From the NCBI GenBank assembly GCA_964016885.1, contig OZ024764.1:8618001-8682000 (forward strand): a stretch of 64,000 bases of DNA, in the 5' to 3' direction. A program made the position numbers and the translations under genes. Shown here piece after piece: positions 11,946 through 26,380 of this stretch (position 1 is its first letter; each line of letters opens with the position of its first letter). Below the pieces are notes generated by a model. The model made no database searches, was not told the origin of the DNA, and saw nothing but the letters and a program-made list of their open reading frames with translations. Source of the DNA: Eledone cirrhosa (Eukaryota).

Positions 11946-13639
11946 AACACATACACACATGTACTTCCCTGACATTTGTGTATTATTCTATGTACTATAC
12001 ATACACCTTTGACGAGTTATAGTGCACCTGAGCACTTTACACAATAATTTCATTATTATTATTATTATATTATACTTGTGTGTGTGTGTTTGTGTAAATT
12101 ATATTTATATATTATACTTGTGTGTGTGTGTGTGTTTGTGTAAATTATATTTATATATAATACTTGTGTGTGAGTGTGTTTGTGTAAATTATATTTATAT
12201 ATTATACTTGTGTGTGAGTGTGTTTGTGTAAATTATATTTATCTATTATACTTGTGTGTGAGTGTGTTTGTGTAAATTATATTTATATATTATACTTGTG
12301 TGTGTGTGTGTGTGTTTGTGTAAATTATATTTATATATTATACTTGTGTGTGAGTGTGTTTGTGTAAATTATATTTATATATTATACTTGTGTGTGTGTG
12401 TGTTTGTGTAAATTATATTTATATATTATACTTGTGTGTGTGTGTGTGTGTTTGTGTAAATTATATTTATATATAATACTTGTGTGTGTATGTGTGTTTG
12501 TGTGTGTTTATTTAGAAAGATACATAGACAATAGAATTATAAACACACACGAATCTACACATACATATATATAAACAGACACACTTAGAAAAAATAATTA
12601 TTACATACACACGCATCTGTGATGACTGAGGAAGGAGGTGGAGTGAGAAACTATAGAAGCCCAGCGTTCTAAGATTCATCACAGCTGTGTGTGTGTATGT
12701 AGCGAATTGGCTACACATATTGGCTGTGTGTTTGTATGTTTGTATCACTTGTGTGAGTGAGCGTGAAGGAACCAACCAACAAACAAACAAATGTCTCTTT
12801 TATATTATATATACATATTACAATTAGCTGTCATTTTTGACGGCATGCGGCCAGCTAGTATATCATCATCGTCATCATCACCGTTTTACGTCCGTTCTTC
12901 CATGCTAGCATGGGTTAGACGGGTTGTCCTGTTGTGGGCAGTGTCCGGTCGGCTGACCTTGTCTTGCTCATACGGGAACTGATTCTGGCTCGATTTCTAC
13001 AGCTGGATGCCCTTCCTAACACCAACCTCATTTACAGTGAGTGCTGGGTGCTTTTTTCCGTGGCACCTACACGTCCACTTTAAAGTGGAACCATATGAAA
13101 TAAAGTGGAACCATATGAAAATATATCAACCAGTACAACCTGTCTCATGGTCGAGTTGTTGGTAACTAAACTGGCAATCCTACCAAGCTTTCTTGGTGAG
13201 GAGGGTGATATTTGGACACCCTGCAAGATGAAATACAAGACCTGGCAAAGGGTAGAGGAACTCAGCAGAGTCAACGGCCACCCAAATAGTATTTTTTTTT
13301 TTTTTTTTTTTTTGGTACGGAGAGGTTAAACTCAGAAGCATAAAAAGCTGAGGGCTGTCGTATTTTCCGTGGCAAACATCAAACATTTTCACCGAAGATA
13401 TGTGTCGTCAGTTCCAAAATGTGTGGCTGGTCCTACACAAGCCTTCACCACTTAAAACAAAACTTTGTGTGGGCAGTTCAACATCAGTTCACTTTCTCAC
13501 ATTTAACTTTTGTTGGACACTCATACGTCGGATATCGACGGGAGAGTCCATCATATACAGTATATCAAATAATAGTAGTTAAGATGAGATTAAATCACCA
13601 AAATTGTGGTGATTTAATCCCATCTTAACGACCATTATT

Positions 13640-14245
13640 TGATTGGCAGTATCGGTAGAGGGTCGGACGCCATGCTTTGACGCATACAGTTACGGCCCTT
13701 GCAATTCTGAGTTCAAATCCCGCCGAGGTTAACTTTGCCTTTCATCCTTACGGGGTCGATAAAATAAAGTACCAGTAATGTACTGGGTAATTGCTGGCCT
13801 TGTGCCAATACTAGAAACAATTATTTGATAAATGAGGAAAAAGGTGGATTGGCAGTATCGGTAGAGGGTCGGACGCCATGCTTTGACGCATACAGTTACG
13901 GCCCTTGCAATTCTGAGTTCAAATCCCGCCGAGGTTAACTTTGCCTTTCATCCTTACGGGGTCGATAAAATAAAGTACCAGTAATGTACTGGGTAATTGC
14001 TGGCCTTGTGCCAATACTAGAAACAATTATTTGATAAATGAGGAAAAAGGTGGATTGGCAGTATCGGTAGAGGGTCGGACGCCATGCTTTGACGCATACA
14101 GTTACGGCCCTTGCAATTCTGAGTTCAAATCCCGCTGAGGTTAACTTTGCCTTTCATCCTTACGGGGTCGATAAAATAAAGTACCAGTAATGTACTGGGT
14201 AATTGCTGGCCTTGTGCCAAACGTAGAAACAATTATTTGATAAAT
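13640..14245 (+). repeat. Tandem triplication of the Nin-like SINE
   Basis: Three near-identical ~205-bp units. Confidence 0.85.
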
Positions 14246-14446
14246 GGATACTCCGTCACCCAATACCACCTACCTGGGATAAACTACTGATGTGGAGTGC
14301 TTTGGACCCACTAGGACCTGCTTATCTTCAGGAAATTATATGTCTGTGTGTGTGTGTGTGCGCGTGTGTGTGTTTTCCTGAAGTGTGTATACATTTTATT
14401 GGCAGACTGTATATATGTCTGTTCATTTAAACAGGTATGTGTTCAT

Positions 14447-15620
14447 TATCTATCTACCTGTCTCACCTGAGGTTTATTATTCATTATCTACCTGTTTCAC
14501 CTGAGGTTTATAACTCATTATTTACCTGTCTCACCTGAAGTTTATTACTCATCTATCTACCTGTCTCACCTGAAGTTTATAACTCATTATTTACCTGTCT
14601 CACCTGAAGTTTACAACTCATTATTTACCTGTCTCACCTGAAGTGTATTATTCATTATCTACCTGTCTCACCTGAAGTGTATTACTCATCTATCTACCTG
14701 TCTCACCTGAAGTTTACAACTCATTATTTACCTGTCTCACCTGAGGTTTATTATTCATTATCTACCTATCTCACCTGAAGTTTATAACTCGTTATTTACC
14801 TGTCTCACTTGAAGTTTATTATTCATTATCTACCTGTCTCACCTGAGGTTTATTACTCATCTATCTACCTGTCTCACCTGAAGTTTATTACTCATCTATC
14901 TACCTGTCTCACCTGAAGTTTATTACTCATTATCTACCTGTCTCACCTGAAGTTTATTACTCATCTATCTACCTGTCTCACCTGAAGTTTATAACTCATT
15001 ATTTACCTGTCTCACCTGAAGTTTATTACTCATTATCTACTTGTCTCACCTGAAGTTTATTACTCATTATCTACCTGTCTCACCTGAAGTTTATTACTCA
15101 TCTATCTACCTGTCTCACCTGAAGTTTATAACTCATTATTTACCTGTCCCTCCACCTGAGGTTTATAACTCGTTATTTACCTGTCTCACCTGAAGTTTAT
15201 TACTCATTATCTACCTGTCTCACCTGAAGCTTATTACTCATCTATCTACCTGTCTCACCTGAAGTTTATTACTCATTATCTACCTGTCTCACCTGAGGTT
15301 TATTACTCATCTATCTACCTGTCTCACCTGAAGTTTATTACTCATTATCTACCTGTCCCTCCACCTGAGGTTTATAACTCGTTATTTACCTGTCTCACCT
15401 GAAGTTTATTACTCATTATCTACCTGTCTCACCTGAAGTTTATTACTCATTATCTACCTGTCCCTCCACCTGAAGTTTATTACTCATTAGCTATCTACCT
15501 GTCCCTCCACCTGAAGTTTATTACTCATTATCTACCTGTCCCTCCACCTGAAGTTTATTACTCATTAGCTATCTACCTGTCTCTCCTCACCTGAAGTTTA
15601 TAACTCATTAGCTGTCTACC
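14447..15620 (+). repeat. ~37-40-bp minisatellite abutting the exon 4 acceptor
   Basis: Unit TACCTGTCTCACCTGAAGTTTATTACTCATTATC. Confidence 0.9.
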
Positions 15621-15636
15621 TGTTTCTACATGCCAG

Positions 15637-15784
15637 GTGTGCCACAAGCCATGATAGCAATAGATACTGTGGAATACCTGTGCCGTCTGCTCATCGTCAG
15701 TGATCAGTGGGTGCAAGGCAGCGCAGCTGTAGCACTCATCTACCTGGCTAACTTCCACGAAGCCGAACGACAACTTCTTCACAG
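15637..15784 (+). CDS. ANKAR: ANKAR-like exon 4 (not in ORF track)
   Basis: CCAG acceptor; GVPQAMIAIDTVEYLCRLL...VQGSAAVALIYLANFHEAERQLLHR; donor AG|GTGAGT; 148 nt, phase 1 to 2. Confidence 0.88.
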
Positions 15785-16479
15785 GTGAGTACTGTATTTT
15801 TTCATTTGGCTATCATTCAAATACACACACATACACACATAGGTAACTGTTTCTACTTTTGGCACAAGGCCAGCAAATTACCCCAGTACATTACTGGTAC
15901 TTTATTTTATCGACCCCGTAAGGATGAAAGGCAAAGTTAACCTCGGCGGGATTTGAACTCAGATCATAAAGGGAGGTAAATCTATGCTTCAAAGCATGGC
16001 GCCCGACCCTCTACCGATATACTGCCAATCCACCGCCCTGTAAGCAAGGGCACTACTTACCACGGCGGAACAATTGGGTTGCGCTTGGTAAGTCGCCGGG
16101 CCTGTAAGTCGGCAGCGTAGAAATACCAGGTACTTATTTCCGCGCAGCAAACGAATTCATGCCTTTTTTTTCACTTCCAAACAGTTGCTGCTTTCATTTC
16201 GAGGAGATAAGACCTAACTAATTACATTCCCGGTCGATACTAGCAAGATGTAGCACTAAACAAGAAACTTTGGCCCTCTCAGCAAGGGCCCTGAAATATC
16301 CTTCCCTTATTTCAAAAACATTTTTTTATTGATCAACTTAATAATTGATTCTATTTAAGGCACAAGGCCAGCAATTACTCAGTACATTACTGGTACTTTA
16401 TTTTATCGACCCTGGGTAATTGCTGGCCTTGTGCCAAAAATAGAAACAATTATATTATAACACTTATAAAAACATCGCA

Positions 16480-17115
16480 TATATTTCTGTCGCTAATTTT
16501 CTCCAAATGCAGTTTATATATAACGTCTTTTTTTAATGTATCATGGATTACTTTACTGATTATATAAGACAGTGTAACACAGTCTCTCTTCAATTTCTGT
16601 GTATATTGTCAATTGCAATTTCATTTGATGTATCATATCTACATGTATGTGTATATTTGCGTATAATATCAATATACACACTACATATACTAGCAGAATA
16701 CCACCCGAAGGATGGTTTTTCTGTTAGTAGATCGGAGACTTACTTGTAACATTATAAACATTTTAATTCACTTCTTTAAAATTTCTGAAATGTCAACACT
16801 TCCGGTTAGCGATCGCTTAAATAAACATTCATATATTTCCCTCACTAATTTTCTCCTAATGCGGTTTATATATAATATCGTCTTTTTTTAATGTATCATG
16901 GATTACTTTACTGATTACATAAGACAGTGTAACACAGTCTTCGTTCAATTTATGTGTATATTGTCAATTGCAATTTCATTTGATGTATCATGTCTACATG
17001 TATGTATATTTGCGTATAATATCAATATACACACTACATATACTAGCAGAATACCACCCTGAGGGGGGTTTTTCTGTTAGTAGATCGGAGACTTGTAACA
17101 TTATAAACATTTAAA
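16480..17115 (+). repeat. Diverged direct duplication (~360 bp)
   Basis: Two copies of ...GGATTACTTTACTGATTA...TACTAGCAGAATACCACCC... Confidence 0.8.
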
Positions 17116-17644
17116 TTTTTCTGTATACTTACTATTTCCTCTTTGTTCTCTCTCTCTCTCTCCCCCCTCCACATATATCATCGTTCTCTTCCTCTCTCCC
17201 CCTCTTTCTCCCCCTCCACATTTCTCTCCTCTCTCCCCCTCCACATTTCTCCCCCTCTCCTCTCTCCCCCTCCACATTTCTCCCCCTCTCTTCCTGTACT
17301 CTCTCTTACCATCCTCCCCCTCCACATTTCTCCCCCTCTCTTCCTGTACTCTCTCTTACCATCCTCCCCCTCTCTCTCCCTCTTACCATCCCTCCCCCGC
17401 TCTCCCTATTACCCCCCCTCTTACCATCTCTCTCCCTCTTATCCCTCTCACTTACTCTCTCCCTCTTACCACCCTTCTCACTTACTCTCTCCCTCTTACC
17501 ACCCCTCTCACCTACTCTCTCCTTCTTACCATCGTTCTCACTCTCTCTCTCTCTCCTACCACCCCACTCCCTTGCTCTCATCTCAACCCCCTGTGACCCT
17601 CCACCTCACCAACACATCTATCACTACTTGGCCCCTCGCTGCAG

Positions 17645-17764
17645 ATGTCGGAAGAAACCCCACTTTATCAAGATCTTACAGACCTACACCCGGGACCGGA
17701 AACTCCCTGAAAGTTTTGTATCAAACTGGAGACACTATAAGAAACTCGGACTTCCAGAAAGTCA
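17645..17764 (+). CDS. ANKAR: ANKAR-like exon 5 (not in ORF track)
   Basis: GCAG acceptor; CRKKPHFIKILQTYTRDRKLPESFVSNWRHYKKLGLPES resembles the ANKAR CRxKP...GLP segment; donor GTAAGT; 120 nt, phase 2 to 2. Confidence 0.85.
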
Positions 17765-17818
17765 GTAAGTACACCCCATCCTGTCACCTATGGCCCATAC
17801 CTCAGTGAGTTGCGTTAC

Positions 17819-17992
17819 TTAACCCTTTCTCTTCAAACCAGCAGCTCATACTTATTTTAAGGTATTGATCTCAAAATACATAATATCAAAATCTTGTAGA
17901 TTCGATATTATGTGATATAATAATATAAAATAAAGACTTTACCATGAAAATACAATAGTAAATATTGAGTAATGTAAATGCTAAAGGGTTAA
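17819..17992. mobile_element. piggyBac-like MITE
   Basis: TTAA-CCCTTT...AAAGGG-TTAA termini; same family as 26736-28531. Confidence 0.65.
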
Positions 17993-18137
17993 TGGCCGCA
18001 TATATTTTACATGGTTACAGTTGCTGTGCTGGGTATTTTTTTCAGTAAAATAACTGTTTTTTTAAACAAACATTTATTAATAACACATATCTGAATGATT
18101 GACAAATGTCACATCAATAAACTAGTAACCCCATCTA

Positions 18138-19800
18138 GCTTTGAAGTTAAGAACTGTTGGAAAGGAGTTCATAACTTTGAAGTTAAGAACTGTTGGAAAG
18201 GAGTTCATAACTTTGAAGTTATGAACTGTTGGAAAGGAGTTCATAACTTTGAAGTTATGAACTGTTGGAAAGGATTCATAACTTGGAAGTTATGGACTGT
18301 TGGGAAGGAGTTCATAACTTGGAAGTTATGAACTGTTGGAAAGGAGTTCATAACTTTGAAGTTATGAACTGTTGGAAAGGATTCATAACTTGGAAGTTAT
18401 GGACTGTTGGAAAGGAGTTCATAACTTTGAAGTTATGAACTGTTGGAAAGGATTCATAACTTGGAAGTTATGGACTGTTGGGAAGGAGTTCATAACTTGG
18501 AAGTTATGAACTGTTGGAAAGGAGTTCATAACTTTGAAGTTATGAACTGTTGGAAAGGATTCATAACTTGGAAGTTATGGACTGTTGGAAAGGAGTTCAT
18601 AACTTTGAAGTTATGAACTGTTGGAAAGGATTCATAACTTGGAAGTTATGAACTGTTGGAAAGGAGTTCATAACTTAGAAGTTATGAACTGTTGGAAAGG
18701 AGTTCATAGCTTTGAAGTTAAGAACTGTTGGAAAGGAGTTCATAACTTTGAAGTTATGAACTGTTGGAAAGGAGTTCATAACTTTGAAGTTATGAACTGT
18801 TGGAAAGGATTCAAAACTTGGAAGTTATGGACTGTTGGGAAGGAGTTCATAACTTTGAAGTTATGAACTGTTGGAAAGGAGTTCATAACTTTGAAGTTAT
18901 GAACTGTTGGAAAGGATTCATAACTTGGAAGTTATGGACTGTTGGGAAGGAGTTCATAACTTGGAAGTTATGAACTGTTGGAAAGGAGTTCATAACTTTG
19001 AAGTTATGAACTGTTGGAAAGGATTCATAACTTGGAAGTTATGGACTGTTGGGAAGGAGTTCATAACTTGGAAGTTATGAACTGTTGGAAAGGAGTTCAT
19101 AACTTTGAAGTTATGAACTGTTGGAAAGGATTCATAACTTGGAAGTTATGGACTGTTGGGAAGGAGTTCATAACTTGGAAGTTATGAACTGTTGGAAAGG
19201 AGTTCATAACTTGGAAGTTATGGACTGTTGGAAAGGAGTTCATAACTTGGAAGTTATGAACTGTTGGAAAGGAGTTCATAACTTTGAAGTTATGAACTGT
19301 TGGAAAGGATTCATAACTTGGAAGTTATGGACTGTTGGAAAGGAGTTCATAACTTTGAAGTTATGAACTGTTGGAAAGGAGTTCATAGCTTTGAAGTTAA
19401 GAACTGTTGGAAAGGAGTTCATAACTTTGAAGTTATGAACTGTTGGAAAGGAGTTCATAACTTTGAAGTTATGAACTGTTGGAAAGGAGTTCATAAATTT
19501 GAAGTTGAGAACTGTTGGAAAGGAGTTCATAACTTGGAAGTTATGAACTGTTGGAAAGGAGTTCATAGCTTTGAAGTTAAGAACTGTTGGAAAGGAGTTC
19601 ATAACTTTGAAGTTATGAACTGTTGGAAAGGAGTTCATAACTTTGAAGTTATGAACTGTTGGAAAGGAGTTCATAAATTTGAAGTTGAGAACTGTTGGAA
19701 AGGAGTTCATAACTTTGAAGTTATGAACTGTTGGAAGGGAGTTCATAGCTTTGAAGTTATGAACTGTTGGAAAGGAGTTCATAGCTTTGAAGTTATCAAC
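18138..19800. repeat. 32/33-bp minisatellite with internal inverted repeat
   Basis: Unit GTTATGAACT-GTTGGAAAGG-AGTTCATAAC-TTTGAA. Confidence 0.95.
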
Positions 19801-21218
19801 TGTAGGAGACCAGCTAAACCTACATAGGTGTGAGTTGTAACATGACAGGACTGGGGTCCCTATCATTAAAACACCCAAGAAACCTATGAAATATGTGTTG
19901 GGACTGGGCTATATCATTAAAATTATGTAATAAACAACACAATATAATTATTCATTGTAGGGGCCAGTAAAACCTACATAGGTGTGAGTTGTAACATGAC
20001 AGGACTGGGGTCCCTATCATTAAAACACCCAAGAAACCTATGAAATATGTGTTGGGACTGGGCTATATCATTAAAATTATGTAATAAACAACACAATATA
20101 ATTATTCATCGTAGGGGCCAGTAAAACCTGCATAGGTGTGAGTTGTAACATGACAGGACTGGGGTCCCTATCATTAAAACACCCAAGAAACCTATGAAAT
20201 ATGTGTTGGAACTGGGCTATATCATTAAAATTATGTAATAAACAACACAATATAATTATTCATCGTAGGGGCCAGTAAAACCTACATAGGTGTGAGTTGT
20301 AACATGACAGGACTGGGGTCCCTATCATTAAAACACCCAAGAAACCTATGAAATATGTGTTGGGACTGGGCTATATCATTAAAATTATGTAATAAACAAC
20401 ACAATATAATTATTCATTGTAGGGGGCCAGTAAAACCTACATAGGTGTGAGTTGTAACATGACAGGACTGGGGTCCCTATCATTTAAACACCCAAGAAAC
20501 CTATGAAATATGTGTTGGGACTGGGTTATATCATTAAAATTATGTAATAAACAACACAATATAATTATTCATTGTAGGGGGCCAGTAAAACCTACATAGG
20601 TGTGAGTTGTAACATGACAGGACTGGGGTCCCTATCATTAAAACACCCAAGAAACCTATGAAATATGTGTTGGGACTGGGCTATATCATTAAAATTCTGT
20701 AATAAACAACACAATATAATTATTCATCGTAGGGGCCAGTAAAACCTACATAGGTATAGGTGTGAGTTGTAACATGACAGGACTGGGGTCCCTATCATTA
20801 AAACAGCCAAGAAACCTATGAAATATGTGTTGGGACTGGGCTATATCATTAAAATTCTGTAATAAACAACACAATATAATTATTCATTGTAGGGGGCAGT
20901 AAAACCTACATAGGTGTGAGTTGTAACATGACAGGACTGGGGTCCCTATCATTAAAACACCCAAGAAACCTATGAAATATGTGTTGGGACTGGGCTATAT
21001 CATTAAAATTCTGTAATAAACAACACAATATAATTATTCATCGTAGGGGCCAGTAAAACCTACATAGGTGTGAGTTGTAACATGACAGGACTGGGGTCCC
21101 TATCATTAAAACACCCAAGAAACCTATGAAATATGTGTTGGGACTGGGCTATATCATTAAAATTCTGTAATAAACAACACAATATAATTATTCATCGTAG
21201 GGGCCAGTAAAACCTACA
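19801..21218 (+). repeat. ~157-bp tandem repeat (~9 copies)
   Basis: Unit contains TCATYGTAG-GGGCCAGTAAAACCTACATAGGT-GTGAGT; ends about 70 bp before exon 6. Confidence 0.9.
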
Positions 21219-21288
21219 TGCTTTTTATACTATTTTTACTTCAGTTTCATTTGACTTTCATTTTGTTTCCATCTTTTTTTTTGCTCAG

Positions 21289-21532
21289 ATTAGATGAACT
21301 GAAATTTGAAAGGGAGTACAGCGTTAATGACCATTACGCAGGGTCCCATGACAAGGAAACATATGAAGGTAGCAGTGTGGATAACAGTGCACCTGAGATT
21401 CTCACGACACATTCGATAGGGAACAACTTTTCAAAAACATATAACGCTGATGTGTCGGTCTACTGTGATGACTCCATTGGACAAAACATCACTAACAACA
21501 GCAACAATGACAATGATGATGATAGTTTCTGA
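21289..21532 (+). CDS. ANKAR: Probable ANKAR-like terminal coding exon 6
   Basis: Strong T-rich tract + CTCAG acceptor; phase 2 matches exon 5; open to TGA at 21530-21532. The acidic, low-complexity tail has no recognised homology, so an internal donor is possible. Confidence 0.6.
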
Positions 21533-21534
21533 TT

Positions 21535-22400
21535 CACGCACAAGGCCAGCAATTTTGTGGGGAGGGAGAAGTAGATTAAATCGACCCCAGTGGATTACTG
21601 GTGCTTTATTTTATCGACCCCTTTAAGGATGAAAGGCAAAGTTGACCTTGGTGGATTTGAACTCAAAACATAAGAGAAATTCAAATAATAATATTAATTT
21701 TTTTCTAGTATAGGTACAAGGCCAGTAATTTGGGGGGAGGGGGAGGGGGAAGTCGATCTAATCAACCCCAGTACATTACTGGTACTTTATTATCGACCCC
21801 GTAAAGATGAAAGGCAAAGTTGACCTTGGTGGATTTGAACTCAAAACATAAGAGAAATTCAAATAATAATATTAATTTTTTTCTAGTATAGGTACAAGGC
21901 CAGTAATTTGGGGGGGAGGGGGAGGGGGAAGTCGATCTAATCAACCCCAGTACATTACTGGTACTTTATTATCGACCCCGTAAAGATGAAAGGCAAAGTT
22001 GACCTTGGTGGATTTGAACTCAAAACATAAGAGAAATTCAAATAATAATATTAATTTTTTTCTAGTATAGGTACAAGGCCAGTAATTTGGGGGGAGGGGG
22101 AGGGGGAAGTCGATCTAATCAACCCCAGTACATTACTGGTACTTTATTATCGACCCCGTAAAGATGAAAGGCAAAGTTGACCTTGGTGGGATTTGAACTC
22201 AAAACATAAGAGAAATTCAAATAATAATATTAATTTTTTTCTAGTATAGGTACAAGGCCAGTAATTTGGGGGGAGGGGGAGGGGGAAGTCGATCTAATCA
22301 ACCCCAGTACATTACTGGTACTTTATTATTGACCCCGTAAAGATGAAAGGCAAAGTTGACCTTGGTGGGATTTGAACTCAAAACATAAAGAGACATTCAA
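21535..22400 (-). repeat. Tandem ~180-bp SINE-derived units
   Basis: Four to five copies of a minus-strand Nin-like SINE segment. Confidence 0.8.
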
Positions 22401-24744
22401 ATAAGAATGGTTTCTTATATAGGCACAAGGTCAACCATTTTTTTTTTTGAGGGGAGGGGCAAATGACCTCAGTGCATTACTGGTACTTTATTTTATTGAC
22501 CCCATAATAATATTAATAACAATAATAACAATTGTTTCTATTTTCGGCACAAGGCCAGCAATTATCCTCAGTACATTACTGGTACTTTGTTTTATCGACC
22601 CCGTAAGGATGGAAGGCAAAGTTAACCTCGGCGGGTTTTGAACTCAAATCATACAGGGCCGTAACTCTATGCTTCAAAGCATGGCGTCCGACCCTCTACC
22701 GATACTGCCAATCCACCGCCTTAATAATGATAATGGCAACAACAACAACAACAACAATAATAATAGTAATAATGATTTAGGCACAAGGCCAACAATTTAA
22801 AGTCAACTCCAGTACATTACTGGTACTTTATTTTATTGACCCTGGAAGGGTTAAATGGCAAAATTGACCTCAACGGGATTTTGAAGTCAGACTGTTAAAA
22901 AAACACCCAGATTGAATACTGCAAAGCATTCTACCCTGACTCGACGATCCACCGACTCTGCCAGTTCAATGATGATGATGATGATGATGATGATGAGGTT
23001 ATTGGTATCTATAGCAATTAGAGGCAGCACTGGATGAGAACAGGTGTCACCATGATGCCACTATCGTACCATTAAGGTGCCACCTTCTGGAAGGTTCCAC
23101 GGATGAGGTAATATGTTTTTTTTTTTTGTTTTTTTTCATCATAACTATAATAAAGTAAGGAGTACGGGACTGCGCCCCGAATATATTATTTTATCCCGTT
23201 AGTAAAATAAGTTAGATTACTTTGAATAAATAATTGTTTCTACTTTTGGCACAAGGCCAGCAATTATCCCAGTACATTACTGGTATTTTATTTTATCGAC
23301 CCCGTAAGGATGAAAGGCAAAGTCAACCTCGGCGGGATTTGAAATCAGACTATAAAGGGCCGTAACTCTTGCAAGCAGGGAAAAAGCGGACGTAAAATGA
23401 AATGATGATGATGAAGATATATGTATGTATGGCCATAGAGCAGTTTTCGTTCCTTTGTGTTTCAGAGCATGCGCCCTTTTGTTTTGAAGAAATGGTCAAT
23501 CGCTATTTTCCCTGCTAACACGTTGATCGCCGTGCTTTCCACTATCGATTTTTAATTTGCTTACTAGCGCCAACACACGGCAATCACCGCCTAACTTATT
23601 CATTAAGTTGATTTGGGTAGAGTTAGGACATTGGAAACAACATGTTCAGTTTGCTGTAGCCATGTCTTTGTCTACGTAGACTACCTAGGTCGACACTGTA
23701 GAGAAAAGAATTCTGGTATGTAGGGCTGATACGTTGCATTATCTCTATTAATTGAGGTAAAAAATAACTAATCGAAATACAATTTGAATGAACAGATGCC
23801 CTTCCTGTATGTCTACAAATGTATCCAGTAGAAACAGTCTGAGACGATTTGCGATGTTGTTACCTTTTTCTCTCATAACAACGTACGCCAACTATCCCCA
23901 GCCTGCACCTAAAACACTATTCCAGCTACTATTAATACTAAAGAGTAAGTCATTCAGAGGAACGTTTCCAACGACGGCATTAGGCTATATACAACTTCTT
24001 CGCTGCTGCCTATAAGTTAGATTACTTTGAATAAATAATTGTTTCTACTTTTGGCACAAGGCCAGCAATTATCCCAGTACATTACTGGTATTTTATTTTA
24101 TCGACCCCGTAAGGATGAAAGGCAAAGTTAACCTCGGTGGGATTTGAACTCAGACCATAAAGGGCCGTAACTCTTTGCTGCAAAGCATGGCGTCCGACCC
24201 TCTACCAATACTGCCAATCCACCACCCGATAATAATAATAATAATGGTTTCTTTATTAGCCACAAGGGCTAACATGAAGAAAAACATTACAGATGGCGCA
24301 GAATGGTACAGGATGATACAAAGTGGATTTTGACCATGTAAAAAGGTTATACAAGAAGATAGAAATGTGTAAAAATAAATTAAAAAAAATTCAAACAACA
24401 AAAATTACCCAAAGGCGGGGGAAATTTCCGAGGGTCACTCGTGGTGAAAACCACACAAAAGACCACGGCCACCCTGACCACCAGGGCAAGCGCCCTCTCT
24501 CAGTTCTCCCACTCCTCAGTCTACAGGCGCATACTCAGAACAGGGACCTGTTCACTCGAACCACATTCACCACTTAATGATAATAATAATAACAATAATA
24601 ATAACAATAATAATAACAATAATAATAATAATAATGAAATTATTGTATTCAGTGCTCAGGTTTGATCAGGTGACCGTGTCTTGCTTATATAGAACTGTTT
24701 CTAGCTAGATTTCTATGGTTGGAAGCCTGTCCTAACGCCAACCA

Positions 24745-26380
24745 CATTTACAGTGTGGACTGGGTGCTTTTTGTTGTGACACCTACATGACCACTTTACA
24801 GTGTGGACTGGGTGCTTTTTGTTGTGACACCTACATGACCACTTTACAGTGTGGACTGGGTACTTTTTGTCGTGACACCTACATGACCACTTTACAGTGT
24901 GGACTGGGTGCTTTTTGTCGTGACACCTACATGACCACTTGACAGTGTGGACTGGGTACTTTTTGTCGTGACACCTACATGACCACTTTACAGTGTGGAC
25001 TGGGTACTTTTTGTTGTGACACCTACATGACCACTTTACAGTGTGGACTGGGTACTTTTTGTTGTGACACCTACATGACCACTTTACAGTGTGGACTGGG
25101 TACTTTTTGTTGTGACACCTACATGACCACTTTACAGTGTGGACTGGGTACTTTTTGTTGTGACACCTACATGACCACTTTACAGTGTGGACTGGGTACT
25201 TTTTGTCGTGACATCTACATGACCACTTTACAGTGTGGACTGGGTGCTTTTTGTTGTGACACCTACATGAGCACTTTACAGTGTGGACTGGGTGCTTTTT
25301 GTTGTGACACCTACATGACCACTTTACAGTGTGGACTGGGTGCTTTTTGTCGTGACACCTACATGACCACTTTACAGTGTGGACTGGGTGCTTTTTGTCG
25401 TGACACCTACATGACCACTTGACAGTGTGGACTGGGTGCTTTTTGTCGTGACACCTACACAATCCCTTTACAGTGTGGACTGGGTGCTTTTTGTTGTGAC
25501 ACCTACATGAGCACTTTACAGTGTGGACTGGGTGCTTTTTGTTGTGACACCTACATGACCACTTTACAGTGTGGACTGGGTGCTTTTTGTCGTGACACCT
25601 ACACAATCACTTTACAGTGTGGACTGGGTGCTTTTTGTTGTGACACCTACATGACCACTTTACAGTGTGGACTGGGTGCTTTTTGTTGTGACACCTACAT
25701 GACCACTTTACAGTGTGGACTGGGTGCTTTTTGTCGTGACACCTACATGACCACTTTACAGTGTGGACTGGGTGCTTTTTGTCGTGACACCTACATGACC
25801 ACTTTACAGTGTGGACTGGGTGCTTTTTGTCGTGACACCTACATTACCACTTTACAGTGTGGACTGGGTGCTTTTTGTCATGACACCTACATGACCACTT
25901 TACAGTGTGGACTGGGTGCTTTTTGTCGTGACACCTACATGACCACTTTACAGTGTGGACTGGGTGCTTTTTGTCGTGACACCTACATGACCACTTTACA
26001 GTGTGGACTGGGTGCTTTTTGTTGTGACACCTACATGACCACTTTACAGTGTGGACTGGGTACTTTTTGTTGTGACACCTACATGACCACTTTACAGTGT
26101 GGACTGGGTGCTTTTTGTCGTGACACCTACATGACCACTTTACAGTGTGGACTGGGTACTTTTTGTCGTGACATCTACATGACCACTTTACAGTGTGGAC
26201 TGGGTGCTTTTTGTCGTGACACCTACATGACCACTTTACAGTGTGGACTGGGTACTTTTTGTCGTGACACCTACATGACCACTTTACAGTGTGGACTGGG
26301 TGCTTTTTGTCGTGACACCTACATGACCACTTTACAGTGTGGACTGGGTGCTTTTTGTCATGACACCTACATGACCACTG
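24745..26380 (+). repeat. 42-bp minisatellite from a SINE-like internal segment
   Basis: Unit TTTACAGTGTGGACTGGGTGCTTTTTGTCGTGACACCTACATGACCAC. Confidence 0.92.

Noticed and set aside
18138-19800. CRISPR-like palindromic repeats
   Set aside because: No unique spacers, no cas genes, eukaryotic intron.
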